58,453 bases of DNA, filler included, from Sluysia triapertura (GCA_046118255.1; 4 parts of 4 records of this genome joined end to end with filler, not necessarily neighbours in it); one strand, 5' to 3'; counted from the whole stretch's first letter, positions 24,032 through 38,000 are shown. Notes: generated from the letters alone by a model not told the origin. Numbers and translations are program-made.

Positions 24032-26569
24032 CGTAATGTTGATGATGATGATGTGATGATGATAATAACAATAATGTTAATAGTAGTAATAATAAATTAC
24101 CTAAATAAAATTGCCGAATTAGTCCAATTGTCAAACCGATGAAATGTGAATTAACTGCACCAGCTGATACAGCCAATTCATATTTCATTGGAGCAAAATT
24201 TAGCAATAAACTTTATTAGTATTGTGCGTATATTAAAAAGATACCTATAAAATACCAGTAAAATTTTTTGTAGTATCTGAAGTTTTAAATTATTTCGTTT
24301 TTTCTTATAAAATATGAATGGTTTAGTGGCGTTAAGAACTAAAGATAATTACGATGTTAAAATAAATGTAAGGAAACAATTAGAAGTTATTTTCGATTCG
24401 TTGATAATGAAAATGGTCAGTCAACATTATTTGAATTTATGGATGGATTTGATTATATTATGACTGGTGTTATTCGAAACAGCTACTAAATCGTTATTAA
24501 CAGAAGATTCTATAAAATTAGAGATTTTTATGCTATACAATTATTCGACATTCGATAGATACTTATTAATCCATTACCTCAAGTTATGTTAATGTTTATT
24601 TGGCTAATGGCCGAACATTTATTCTTCAACGTTTTTTGCTCAAAAAATACAATATTATTATGTATTCTATTCATTAACATATCTTCTATAGCAAATGAGG
24701 TTTTGTTCAAACCTTTTAGTAATCATTTTGTATTTTATTGTTATTATACATATTAATAACTATGCATTAATTATGGTTTATTAATTTTTTTGATTATAAT
24801 TAAAGTAGATCTTACTCCTATTAATACTAAAATTGTGATAATGCAGATTTTATTAATTCAATATGAAATCTAAGTTTAGTCCGAGTTAAATTAAGGTTAG
24901 AAATAAGAATTGAAATAAATTCTTCACAATTTGCATTAGTAGGCTTTGAAATTGAAATAAATCTTAATCGAAATTCGAAGATAAATTACATTATAATGAA
25001 ATTATTAAAAATGACATTATTATTATTATTATTATTTTAGTTGATTTAGTTTAGTTGTTTGTATACGATCACGTTTATCGGGTTTCGTTGAATTATGTAA
25101 CTCTATAGGTGTTACTGTTGATTATTTAACTTATTAGGATTTAGCTTTATCGATATTCGAGATGGAAGTGCTTATCGACAATTTATCTTACGAGTTTTCT
25201 TGATTTAAATTTTTAATTGTATTCGAAATTATAAAACGAATTCAACTATTTCTTTATTAGTTATAACTCTATTTTAATTTATTAAATTTTATTTGCCTAT
25301 AACACCAAATCTTGTTCAGCTATTTTATTCTCTTTGGTAAAGGCTTCATTCTATCGTAACAGCTCTTAAGGTAATAAGTTTGATCACAACAAATTATTTT
25401 TTAACGTTATCTTACACATCCATTTATAAAATGCCTTTATTTTTTATCAACTTAAAAAAACTTTTAACTTTTCTAGATTGCTCTGTTTTCGAATCCCTTC
25501 TTTATAAATAAAATTAAACTAAGGTAATTTTTATTTATGAAATACTAAAATATTACAATATAATCGAATCATTATTTTAATTATTAAAATACGCAGTTTA
25601 AATACAATGTAATTAGAAAATATTACATTGTGTTATTTATTATATATTGTTTTATATTCAAACTGAATAACTTTACTAAAATTTCTTATAATAATAGTTG
25701 AAAATCGTCTGAATGGCTGATTGAATATCAAAATATTTGTCGATCAAATATCAGGAATTTTTTGTAAATATTGAATTGTTTCGAAATATTGTAAATAAGA
25801 TATCAGGAACTTTTTGTAACGTTTATAAATATTGAATTGGATCGAAATCGAAATTTCTTGCTTCTATGTTGATCGTTTACTTATGTTTGTTTGTCTTGCT
25901 TTTGGTTGATATTTATAGCATATCAATCAATTATAGTATAATTCAGACTATAATAATTTTTATTATTAGTATAACTTATAATTTAAATCGTAATTACAAT
26001 ATAAATTATTTAGTTTGAATAATGTCAACCTGTATTGTAATGAATCATTATATATTATATACAACATTATAAGTAAATAAATGCTATTAATTTGAATGTA
26101 TTATTAATTATTAATTTGAATGTTTAAATAAATTTTGATTTAATATTATTTAATATAATTTCAGTTTAAAATGATTTTTATCGATATTAATGTTTTTATA
26201 ATTTCTATCTATTCTATCTCATCATTAATTTTGATCGAATATAATGTTATTAAATTTTGATTTCGTAATTTTGATTCACTTTAATCCTAGTTTAATATGA
26301 TTTTATTTTATTTATCATAATATTCTAAACCATGTTTTTAAGATAATTTTAATCGGATTTTATGTTCTTAAAATTTGACTTCATATTATTTTTATTAATT
26401 CTTAAAATGATTTTATTGGAATGCAATAGTAGGATTTGATGTTTGTAAATTTTAATTTCATATTATCTTTACACAATCTCACTTTAAAATGATTATTTAA
26501 ACAATTTCAATTTAAAATTGATTGTTATTTGTTACTAAATTTTGAATTTATATTATCTCTTTAATCTCA

Positions 26570-26725
26570 CTTTAATTTAATATAAAAGCATTATGAGCTC
26601 AGTAATAATTTATTATAATTTTAAAATGATTTTTATTGTCGTGATTTTAGAATGAGGGTTAAAATAAGCATAAAATGATTTTAAAATATGAGTTTGTAAT
26701 TAAAAATGAGCATTATACTTTATAC
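26570..26725 (+). repeat. Dispersed repeat shared with 27965-28072
   Basis: AAAAGCATTATGA.CTC..TAATAATT...TAAAAATGAGCATTATACTTT is present in both places. Confidence 0.75.
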
Positions 26726-27661
26726 TTGTACAATAGTGCAATAGATAATAAAGATTTCTTTTATTATAGATAAGAAGATTTCTTTAATCTATCAATCCTG
26801 AAATTATAAAACTTAAACTAAATTTTAATTGGTGACTGAAATTAAATTAAATTCACACATGGTTTACAATAATGTGTGAACAAAATTATCTTTTCTGAAA
26901 CTATCTTTTCATTATTTTTAAATGATTTATCACTACATCAGTCTTACGAAATTTTAACATCTCATTTAATCACATCAAACATAATTTCTTAATGTTATGT
27001 ATTGTTAAACTTCAAATAAAGTTATGTATCATTTAATACCAATTACAGAATATTATTTAACCCTTTCAATCATATTGGGATATGTGTGTTCCAATAAATT
27101 TCTAATAAAACTACTAAGAAAAAGGATTATTTAATTTATACTGTGTCGGAAAATTATGAGTTTTGTATTTGATGAGTTTGCAGGTTTGTGCATATTGATA
27201 ATATTTCCTGTATCTGTAATATATTAGTGCTTATTATCCTAAAATTTAGATGCAAAAATTGTTTAGAAAATTCGTATTGAAATGATTAAATACAGTAGAA
27301 TTTATGAATATCAATATTCAATTTAATGCACATACAATTTATATTCTGGCTTTATTTTATTAAGTAAATTAAAATAAAGTAATAAAATATTTAACTAAGT
27401 CAATGTTTATTTTCTTGTCAAATTCATGATGCACGAAATATAGTTCCTTTTCTTGTTAGTGCATCAATAGAGCTAATAATACAGTCAAATTCTCATTGGT
27501 CTATAAATTGGTATTTCAATTAAATATAAATAAAACAATTTTTATTTTATTATCGATTTTTATTTCAGACAAAATTGAACATATTGTTAATTTATTGTCA
27601 ATTATTTATTTTAAGCAATTTTACAATTATAAACATTAAACTTGTCAAATTATTGATTATA

Positions 27662-27761
27662 NNNNNNNNNNNNNNNNNNNNNNNNNNNNNNNNNNNNNNN
27701 NNNNNTTAATTAATTAANNNNNNNNNNNNNNNNNNNNNNNNNNNNNNNNNNNNNNNNNNNN
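27662..27761. other. Assembly gap with linker
   Basis: N44-TTAATTAATTAA-N44. Confidence 0.98.
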
Positions 27762-27835
27762 GTGGTAGAGCATCGACTGCGCAGACGATGGTCCCGGGTT
27801 CGATCCCCGGTCAGTCCATTTTACGAAGTCTAACA
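27762..27835 (+). mobile_element. tRNA-derived SINE / tRNA-like element (5' end lost in gap)
   Basis: GTGGTAGAGC (A box end), CCGGGTTCGATCCCCGG (T arm / B box) and TCAGTCC acceptor strand. The anticodon arm is non-canonical (6-nt loop, mismatch) and the tail GAAGTCTAACA is shared with two other copies. Confidence 0.75.
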
Positions 27836-29380
27836 TAAATATAATAAAAATAAATAAATGTAATTTATGTTAATATAATGTTATTTTTATTTCAAATAAT
27901 AAAGTAAATGTAATTTAAGTTTTCGCAGTTGGTTTCGCTGTTCCGTCACAATACCAATACCATTCTCGCAATTTAATTTAAAAGCATTATGATCTCCATA
28001 ATAATTTTTATAATTAAAATGATTAATTTAGTGCAATTTTTAAATGAGCATTAAAAATGAGCATTATACTTTAGAGATGTATTAATTATGGTTTAATAAG
28101 AATGGTTAGTTATTGTTTAAAACAAAATTATAATTATAGTAGCTTTGTAGTTCAACTACAACTACATAAAGGAGCTGATAGCTAATCAAAAAAAAATCGA
28201 ATTACTTTTCTACTTTTAGAAGCGAATATTCTTTTTTTAGAAAATAAGTTTCCCTAATGATTTTGACAACACAACAAGTACAAGTTATATGCCTTAACGA
28301 ATGCATATTAACCATACTCTTAAATATAGAAATCTCACTTAACAACATAATTAATCCTCGGAAAATGAATCAGTTGTTCATAATAAAATAGCTTCATAAT
28401 AACCTTGGACTTTAGAAAAATTAATATAAATTTTTGTTTGCTGGTTCACTGTACAATTAATCAATGAATCAGAAAATACAAGTATTAAAATTGGTAATTT
28501 TATAAACAAAAAACTAATGAATTTTCAACATTTTTACAATTTAATAACTAAGAGATAAATCAAGCCTTTTTTGGCCTTAAATTTATTGCTTTTATGATTT
28601 TTTAAAAACAGAATTTTCCCCTTCATTAAATCGAAGTAAAAAATTTTTATTAAAAAGGATATTTCCACCGGGAGTAATTAAACTGAGTTAATTATGATTG
28701 TAGTGCTAAAATCATATTCTTGTTTTCAAAATTGTATTTATGATTTACTGTAGCCAGAATATATACTAGCTAACAGCCAATCAAAATTGAATATAATTCT
28801 TGAGAATTATTTTTTCGAAAATTAACTTTATTTTTATACTTTTAAAGATTTTAAAGGGTTGTGATGGCAACCTAATTATGCCATTTTTCTTTGGTTAATG
28901 ATTATTATGACTGTAAAATGTAAAAAATTATTTTTCACACTAAAATAAAATATAACTAATTAATATTTTTACAAACGATGAAACATCAATGTAAAAATAA
29001 ATGTGTAAAAATTTAAATTCGGATTTAATAGAAAATATTAAAACATTACCAATAAATGTTACTTGTAAATGTTCACGTGATATATTTCATACAATTCCAA
29101 TCAATCAAAATCAGTGTTTATAAATTGGTTTTAAATTCATAGACAGAAACGATGTGTGTGTATCACGTGTAATGCTATATCGTTAAAATGTATTTTCAAG
29201 TTTAATAATTTCAATAAAATATTTAGAAATCATCAAGTGTGTTAGGCATCATTGAAATTATATTTATAATAAATATAACATTTATTTTATAAACAATTTT
29301 ACCTAAGGCTGCTATAAACATTCAATGTAATTTTCCATAGACGGTAAAAGTAAATTTTCAATATTTGTTATTATTATTGT

Positions 29381-31399
29381 TGTTGGGATTGCCCAACTGT
29401 AGATCAGGAGATAGTGAGAAACATATAGTGTTAGGATTGCCCATTTAGTATATGTAAAATAGGTTAAAAGGTAACATTTTAAAATGTTTATAAGAAAAGT
29501 GATGTAGAATATCTGAAATATGTTAATATCAAAATAATTAAATATTCCTAGAGCAAGAATAATGTACAATAAAATTTTTATAATAATTTGAAACCGAAGA
29601 ACACCTGGGAGTTCCAAAGACCTTTGTAGGGTATTAAGACACTTATGAAGACCTAAGTAAAGTTTGGAAAGGTTTTTTGAAGTATGAATATACCTTCTAA
29701 ACTTCTGAACAAATGAGATCATTTGAGACCTTGTTGATCTGTTGGAACCTTTTAAGACTCTTGAGACCTTCGAGTAATTTTGTAAAAATATTTGGAACCT
29801 TTAAAATGTTCAAAGATTAAAATTATGATTAATGAAACTAAAGACAAATTTAATACATTAATAATTGGAATAAAAAAAACTAGAAAAATGGATCTGAATT
29901 GTGAAGGTGAAAACATATAGAGCCTCCTGAGTACCTTATAAAGTGTTTAACAACTTTATAATCATAATAAAATCTTTAAACTTAGAATAAAATAAGTCAA
30001 ATTAATTAATTAATTAAGATACATTAATTAATTAATTAGAGCTTAATTAAGATACATTACGTTTGTGTGAATAAATTTTGAATGAGGAACGCTATGTTAA
30101 AACTGTAACTGTTACCGATGAAGATAAGGCTTGATCGAGTTAATGCCAGGAAAGCCTCTATATTGAGCAAAGTCGAATTTTGATTAATTTTTAATTTAAA
30201 ATGTTAAATTTTTCATAATTAGGATGGTGAAAAGATAATGATTTGATGAAATAGGAGAATCCGAAAATGAGATCAAAATGTTTGTAAAATGGTTTGTTTT
30301 GAAATGAGAACCTTAAACATTTTCAATTAAAAAATTGAGTGTAGGGAATTGAAAATTAATTAAAATGTAAAAATTAAAGTTAAATTCATTAGTTTTAAGT
30401 ATGTCAATAATAATAATCATAATTGTTATTTTTATGTAAGAAGTGATTCATGAAAAACTAGATCGAGTGGAGTAGAAGAAAAAATGACAGTTGATTGTTA
30501 ATCGAATTGTTGTGTTTTGCTTGACAGGTCGTACCATTTAAATGTCAAAGTCGTTTCACTCGGTTTAATCTTTAGGAGAGGTTTTGATGATTTGTGTAAA
30601 GGTAATTCCTAATTGTGAGTTTGTGAGTGGTTAGACGTTAAAGAGATATAAAAGCGAATACATAGAAAAATTTTAACACTACAACACTTGAGACAACGTT
30701 TACGAGAAAAAAGAAAATTCATTATGATGGTGATATTTTTTTATTTTATAATTTTAATTAATTGAAATAGTTTTTTATTTATTTTGGGAAATTTTTTGTC
30801 TCTTGATAAATTTGAATATTTTTTGGGGCTCCCTCTCCGAATTGTTTTGAATTGTTTTGAGTTATACATTTAACTATTATTTTAAGATTGAATTTTGTTT
30901 TTTAACTTTTAGCTGTTGATTTTAATTGAATAGTGGGAGACTCCCTGCCGAATTTATTTTTACATTTTTTTGGTTATTAAGTAAAATAAAGACATTTGAC
31001 AAAACATAAATAGAATTTCCATTAACTCTAATTTCTGCGGATATTGATATTTTAATTAATATTGTTGAAGATCATTTTTAGTTAATTTACTCATATTCTT
31101 ATATTTGATTTTCTTTTGTAGTTAATATAGTATTGAGTTGTTTTTAAATTTGTAAATAATAAATAATTTTTGGGTTGAATAAATATCGTTATTAAGATAA
31201 GAAAATTGACGATAAATTGTACTTGTTAATTGAATTTACAAGGATTTTAAATTAGAATTTGCATTTATTCTGTGAATAATGAAATTTAGAGGATAATCAA
31301 TAATTAATAACCATTTCACGATCATGGAAGATATATTAAAAATTTGGAATTAATTTAATTATTAAATTATTGTTAATAATTTGGATTTATGACGCAACA
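29381..31399 (+). mobile_element. ~2-kb LTR-like repeat (family A), TGTTG...GACGCAACA
   Basis: 5' part matches 47427-48330 and 3' part matches 42111-42872. TATAAAAG at ~30648 and GGGAGACTCCC at 30935. No TSD seen. Confidence 0.7.
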
Positions 31400-31449
31400 A
31401 ATGAACTATAAAATGAGGAAAAAGTGATACCAAATGATGGATTGAACGT

Positions 31450-33392
31450 GATAAACATGAAAGTGAAAACATCTATAATATTAACACCTAAATAATACCA
31501 TGAAATTCCAAAGACCTATATAAGGGTTTGATACTTTATGGAAGCTTGAGATGGACTTGAAAAACCTTTCGAAGCATTAAAGTGCCTTTGAACTTGTGAA
31601 CTTTTAGATCATTTAGGACCTTAGTAACCTTTAAGTTGTTGAGTCACTGAACTAATTTGTATTTGATGTGTATAAATTTGTTTTCTGTGTAAATTTTAAA
31701 ATTTTGTTTTATTATATTTATTCACTATTATTTGATGTATTATATTTTAAAGAATTTATTAATTTGTATATGAATTCAATTAATTTGAAAAAATTAAATG
31801 TATAAATTAAAGTTTAAATGTAACTTTTAAAATTTTTATATTAAAATTAAAATGTAAATTATAAAATTTTTATACATAATTTTTAAAAGAATAATTTTTT
31901 AAAATTATAATTTTGTTTTAAATTATTAGAATAAAGAAAAAACGGTAAATTTTGTTTATTTAAATTAATTAATATATATTATAAACAGTTAAGATAAATT
32001 AAGATAGAGAAAATTATATAAATAGAAGAAGTTTAGTAAATTAGCTAGAGTAATTTTTAGTAAGGACTTAAGATATAATCAAGCATTCTTCGAATTAATG
32101 ATGATGCTGTCAAAAACAAGTAAGATTATTTGATATAAGTTTTTTAATTTTCTGATTGTAAGTAAATTTAAGTAAATAAATCCACTTAAATTTATTTAAT
32201 TTTCATAGACCGTAAAAGGCAAGGTTACAATCTTTCAAACTTTCAAGTACTAAGGGACTGAACCCCTTAAGAATTCATTGTGGTGGAGAGCCTTTTATTC
32301 AAAATTTAAATTATTTTTACACATACTGAATATCACTTTTCTTAACATTTCACATTTTATTTTTCAGATTCTTTAAAATCCTCTTACAATTTAAAACATT
32401 TTAAAGTCACATTAAAATTATACTTACATCGAAAACCATTAAACTTACATTTCAAGCTCACAACGATCTCTATCTCTTTCACAAAAGTCACACCAATCTT
32501 ATATCCAAGTCAAAATAACATTAGGTGAAAGGAATATCACAAGCAATTATTACAAGAGTGGCATTTGCCTCTTTACCACGCTACTTGCGGAAAATGTTCC
32601 AAAATCGGTGCAAACTGCAATTATGCACATGATATCTTTGAAGTACAGCAAGATTCAAATCAAGAACAGATTTTCTCCGATAACCTGAACCATGTGATCA
32701 ATCTAGTTTATAGTTTGAGCATAAGACCAGTTATTTCAAATCCCTACAACAATCGTCGATTAAGACAGGTCGCCTACGGATATAAATTTAGTTTTAAAGT
32801 AATTTTTTCGTTTGATATAATATTTTACAAACATCTTTTTAGAATTGTATTTCCAAAATAGAAATTGGACTATAACATTCCCAAACGTTTTACTACACAA
32901 CAATAACAACATTTAGTAATGCAAACTATACTTTAAGTAATTTTTGAATGTATTTTATAATTAAAATTAATATTATTTTTTGGGGGATTTTTATTAAAAT
33001 AGTTTTTGTTTTTGTGTTGTTTTTGGAAAATTTACGTTTGATTATTATTAAGGAATAAGCGTGAATAATAGTTAATATTTATTTTAATGTTGCGTCACCT
33101 TTGGCTTCTTTTGGATAGATTGTTATGTCTTTAATATTATTAAACATTATTATTAATTTTGTGATTTAATAATTTTTATTATTGTTAAAGCGGAAATTTA
33201 TAATATCAATTTGTATTTGTAATTATTAAATTATTGAATTATTGTTATTAATTTGATTTCAAAACGTAAAATTTGGGTTAAATAAATATCGTTATTAAGA
33301 TAAGAAAATTTGTGATAATTTGTATTTGTTTTAGTAATTATTGGAATTTTTGAGATTCATTTAAACTGATATTTAAATTCAAAGACGCAACA
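31450..33392 (+). mobile_element. Adjacent family-A derivative enclosing a CCCH ORF
   Basis: 31450-31640 matches 47520-47700 (TTCCAAAGACCTATAT...TTATGGAAGCTT.AGATGGAC). 33088-33392 matches the family-A 3' end. The interior has splice-like sites and the zinc-finger remnant. Confidence 0.6.
32545..32861 (+). pseudogene. CCCH zinc-finger ORF remnant (ORF-X family)
   Basis: NYYKSGIC / PLYHATCGKCSKIGANCNYAHDIFEV across a 1-nt frameshift restores the same C-x9-C-x6-C-x3-H spacing as 10860-10943. Confidence 0.7.
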
Positions 33393-33699
33393 TAATAGTA
33401 ATAATAATTGTAAATATTGATAAATATGATTATTAAATGTTTAATGTGTAAATAATTTTTAATTAATTATTAAATGTTTAATTTGTAAATAATTTTTGTA
33501 ATTTCTATAAAAAATATTTAACTTTAGAAAAGATAAAATTACAAATTTAAAAGTACAAACTTAATTAATAAGTGCAAGTTTAATTAATTAATCATATTTT
33601 CGATAAAAAATCTTATTTTTATCAATAAAATAAAATTATTGCCGCAATTAAATTTTTATCAATTGTCGGTATACTTCAGAAGGATAATTTAGTATAAGT

Positions 33700-34620
33700 A
33701 GCAAACGATTTTCAGTTGATTATCATAACTCGACAACACTAAAAAACTCATGGTTTATAACAAACTCAAACTAATCTTGCAATATTCATTTGGTTCAATG
33801 AGTTTGGATATACGTTTCATTTTTTACGCTATATTTGGTGATATATTCGATTTGGATCTTTGTCAGTTTTAGTAATCGGATCGAGAATTTATCCTTGTTT
33901 CAACGACGCGGTTATGATAAAGAATTCATAAGCTATTTATGTTAAGTTATTTCACATAAATAATATTGTGTCAAAATACACTTAAATTATTATTAAAGTT
34001 TGCAAACCCAAACATTCGCCTCGGTCAAAATCTTTTTAAACTTTTGAATTATATTGCTTGAGTTTAGGAGAAATCCTATCAGTGATAATTATATATATTT
34101 GTGTATTGTTCATATATAATTTTTTTATTTTTGTTCGTAACATCCAGAATATTTGGATTTTCCTTGCAGAACTCTAAGTTTGATACAAGTTTATGTCCAG
34201 ATCCCGATTCAGTCATTACTTTTATTTCATAAAGATAAGATTTCATTACAGACCTTTTGATGTTAATTCTAGTCACAAAATGTTTGTAACAATTTTGTTA
34301 TTTATTTTTACAATTCTATGTTTAATTTAATAACCTGAGTCATCGAAACGTGCAAAGCAATGCTAAAAGGCTATAATAATAATCCAAAAGCTTTGTTTAA
34401 TTGGAGTAAACCTCAATAATTATCTTCAATAATATTGGTAGTGAGTTAAAATAAAACGTTATTTTGATTTATATGGTCATTTAAGAAAGTTTCAAAATGA
34501 AAATTTGGTACATCAACTTCCTCATTTTTTATTTTTCTAAATAAAAAGAGAACATTGGAATCAGATACAAGCAAATTAATTTTCGCTGTGTCGTATTTAT
34601 AAAATCCTATCGAACTATAA
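33700..34620 (-). pseudogene. Decayed ORF-X family copy
   Basis: GFYKYDTAKINLL ~ GKLIKYNESKFEI; TRINIKRSVMKSYLYEIKVMTESGSGHKLVSNLE ~ SHVKINSTLNESYMSKYKLIQRHENCDRFITNNE; also KLTKIQIEYIT and FLVLSSYDN. Confidence 0.65.
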
Positions 34621-34775
34621 ATCGTAATATATTCTCTGTTGTTATTGTTATTTAATTAAATTAAGATTCGATAATTACTAACCTAAAAATGGATTATTGT
34701 TAATAAAATATTATTTACTTTGATATTAATAAATAAAATATAGGTAGAATTTATAATTTGTGAAAAAGTTGGAAC

Positions 34776-34847
34776 TGTTAGACTTCATTTAAATGGATAA
34801 AGCTCACAGGTGTGCAGTTCGATGCTCTGAATACTAAGCTATCAGCC
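34776..34847 (-). mobile_element. tRNA-derived SINE copy (B box lost)
   Basis: GGCTGATAGCTTAGTATTCAGAGCATCGAACTGC...CCATTTAAATGAAGTCTAACA. Confidence 0.7.
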
Positions 34848-34970
34848 AACAATACTATCATTATTCTAAATTGCACTTTTACGCCTGTACTTCAATTATG
34901 TTTGACCTCAAACATCATGTAAATAGTTAATTCAACATCGGAATGATATTCGATATGTGGACTCACCAAA

Positions 34971-35038
34971 TGTTAGACTTCATTAAATGAACTGACCGGG
35001 ATTCGAACCCATACTCTGAACACTAAGCTATAAGTCCC
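34971..35038 (-). mobile_element. tRNA-derived SINE copy (anticodon arm deleted)
   Basis: GGGACTTATAGCTTAGTGTTCAGAGTATGGGTTCGAATCCCGGTCAGTTCATTTAATGAAGTCTAACA. Confidence 0.75.
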
Positions 35039-38000
35039 TTATAACAATTTTATTTTATTATAGTCAATTATACTATCATTATTTTAAATGACACTCTTAG
35101 GCCTCTACTTTAGCAGAACATTCTTAGTTCGTAAAACACAATAGAACTGGACAAGCGCTTTTCCAAAGTAGAGTTAATAATTTATCTTAAAAGAGAATTT
35201 AAAAGCAAATTAAAACAGCATCATTGAAAAGATTTTTTAGGGAATCATAAGGTCAAAAGAATTTACTATTCGAAACTGATTAAATTGTGACGAACTTAGT
35301 TAATTAAAAGAGAATTTATTCATAAATGCACCCTCAAAGTGATATTAGTTAAGGAAGCCAGTTTGAATTTAGAATTTTGTTAAAATTACCTTCAAAATGG
35401 ATATATTAAACCACAAAAGCATATTTAAATCACTTTTAAGTAGTTTTTAATTGAATATTTTAATTGAAATGTAATTTAATTTATTTTGGTTTTAGTAAAG
35501 CATAAAACTTATTTTGTAATATTTTCAATTTCATTATTGTAATTGTGCAATTTTTACGTTATTAGTGTTCCATAAATTTAATTCTTAATTAAATTATATT
35601 TCTTGGTTGTATTTGAATGTTTGACTTTTATTCGTGAAAATTGGTATTTGTAGCTGATTGTACATATTTTAAGAAAAAATGATTAGAACTAATCGTATTA
35701 TCATGGTTATCGTATAAATAGTTATAAAATTTTGTAAAATAATTATACTGTTATCTACTTTAAAATGAGGGTAGATAATTGTATAACAAAACTTAAAATA
35801 GATTATAAATTTTTTATAACTTCTTAAATCACAAAACTGCTTTAAATATCTTAACTTTTGTGTATTGTGATTGTCTATTTACAAATTTAATTTCATGTTT
35901 ATAATTAATAATTTTGTAATTAATAATTTGAAATGTAATATAATATTAGAAATTTTGTGAATTGATATCGATTTTTTAATTAAATTAATTATTTTTTTGA
36001 AGATTAAATTAAATACAAATTTATTATACGATTATATAGTTTATTATTTCATTATAATTTTTAAATCTACAATGAAACAAAAAATAATGCATAAAATCCT
36101 ATTTTAGTGTTCTTAGAATGTAAATATTGTCTTGTTTTATTATTATTATTATTTACATTGTTTTATTTAATTATTTGTTTAGTTAAATGTGACTTTCATA
36201 ATTTGATTTTGTTTTTAGAATATTGAATAATGTGAATCAATTTTAATTTGATTTCAAAAAATAACTTTTGGGAAAATAATTTTATTACCTAAAATTTATT
36301 TTGTAATTTTTATCTATCTTTTATTATTATTGTTTAAATTGTACTTAAAACAAATCATTTATTGAGATATTTTTATTTATTGACTATTATAATTAAAAAT
36401 ATAGTGTAAAAGAACGTCTAAATCACAAATTTATTTATATAAGTATATCGCGTAATATAAAACTAATTGATTTTAATGTGTAATAAAATTACCGTTATAT
36501 GAAGTATGTTATTGTATATTCTTTTGGATTTTTTATTAATGATAGACTTATTCATATTGTGCAATTATAAAACCGTAGCAGTATAAAACGATTCAATTAT
36601 ATAAAATTGCAAAAAACATGAAAATGAAAAGTTGTGAGACACTAGAACAAGTGTTGCTTCATAATGACGACGGGATGACAGGGTGTAATCTACTTTATTA
36701 AGCATCTGTGATTTTATAATAGTGTAATGTTGTGACTGATGTAGACTAGACATGTATTGTATTCTCGTGATGAATACAATTATTAGTTGTTATGATTTAT
36801 GTGATGTGACGTAGTCGTCGGCTGAACCACCACACCTACTTCGACCAAAAAGTGTACATTTAGATCTAGAATGAACCGAAGGAAATTTATACCGCTAAAT
36901 AAATTTAACAATTATTATAGGAAAAATCAAAAGATGAATTGAAAAAAATGGTTAAACTTAGAAAATGATTTCAAATTATAAAACTTAATGTTTAATTAGC
37001 GAATTAAAATAAATTATTATATTTAGTTTTATTAAGGTCATTCTCAGATTATATAAGTAAACCTCAGAAGAGAAAACGCACAGTTGAAAAATGTAATTAA
37101 ACGTTTTTCTTAATTTTTTGAGCTACGATTAAATTAAAGTTTACCATTAAATCTACTTTAAGAAAATAAAAGGATCGACAATATTTTGGATTCACTTACA
37201 CATTGAAGATTATACTCAACCTTGTTTACAAATTTATTCGTTAGTTATATTTAGTTTAAGTTTTCTGTTCACGAATTTAAAAGCAATGGATATAAAATAC
37301 ACATAAATTTCATTTAAATAATTCTTTTTAGTAATAGTTTAAATTTTGTTGCTTAGTAAAATTCATCTTGAAAAATTTTACATTAACGAGTTTATTCATC
37401 AAAATAATCTGAATAATATATTTGTTAGCTTTTTCCTTACTTTCTTAACCTAACAATTATAATTCTAAAAACGGGTATTGTATACGGTTTAAAACTTAAA
37501 GTAGACGTATCCACAGGAAATAGCTACGAAATAAGTTTCCTTAATCTTGACAAAAATTCGAATAAAAATTATTTAATAATTGGGTCTTTTGTAATATTAA
37601 TTTTTAATTTTATTCTTTATTTAATTCTTTTTCTTTGATTAAATATTTAGTCAATATGCAACTACTAAATTATAAGTAATTCTAAATGTCTTAGATATTT
37701 CTTTTTGGAAATCGTGTAAACTCTTAATTTCTTTTATATCTTTTATCGTAAAAAATAACTAATTAACAATGAAAACAATGAATTAATTTATTAAATAATT
37801 AAGACCTTTTACAACAAAAATAAAACAAATATAATAGTAATAATAAACTAAACAAAAGAAATAATTTCTATTTTTTAGTTACAAAATTTGGTTAAGATTT
37901 TAACTCAGGCCTAATGCTTGGGTTTCAAATGATAAATGATTTTAAGTACAGATTTTAAAGCTGACTTTTTCAAAGCTCATCTTAACAAATATTATCTTAC

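Noticed and set aside
27762-27820. Functional tRNA gene
   Set aside because: Anticodon arm has a mismatch and a 6-nt loop, and the shared 3' tail with decayed copies indicates a repeat.
29312-29722. 136-aa hydrophobic ORF
   Set aside because: Non-ATG start, lies on the reverse strand of an LTR-like repeat, and not supported in the sister copy at 47427.
36600-36900. GC-richer island, possible ncRNA
   Set aside because: No recognisable structure, ORF or second copy in the window.
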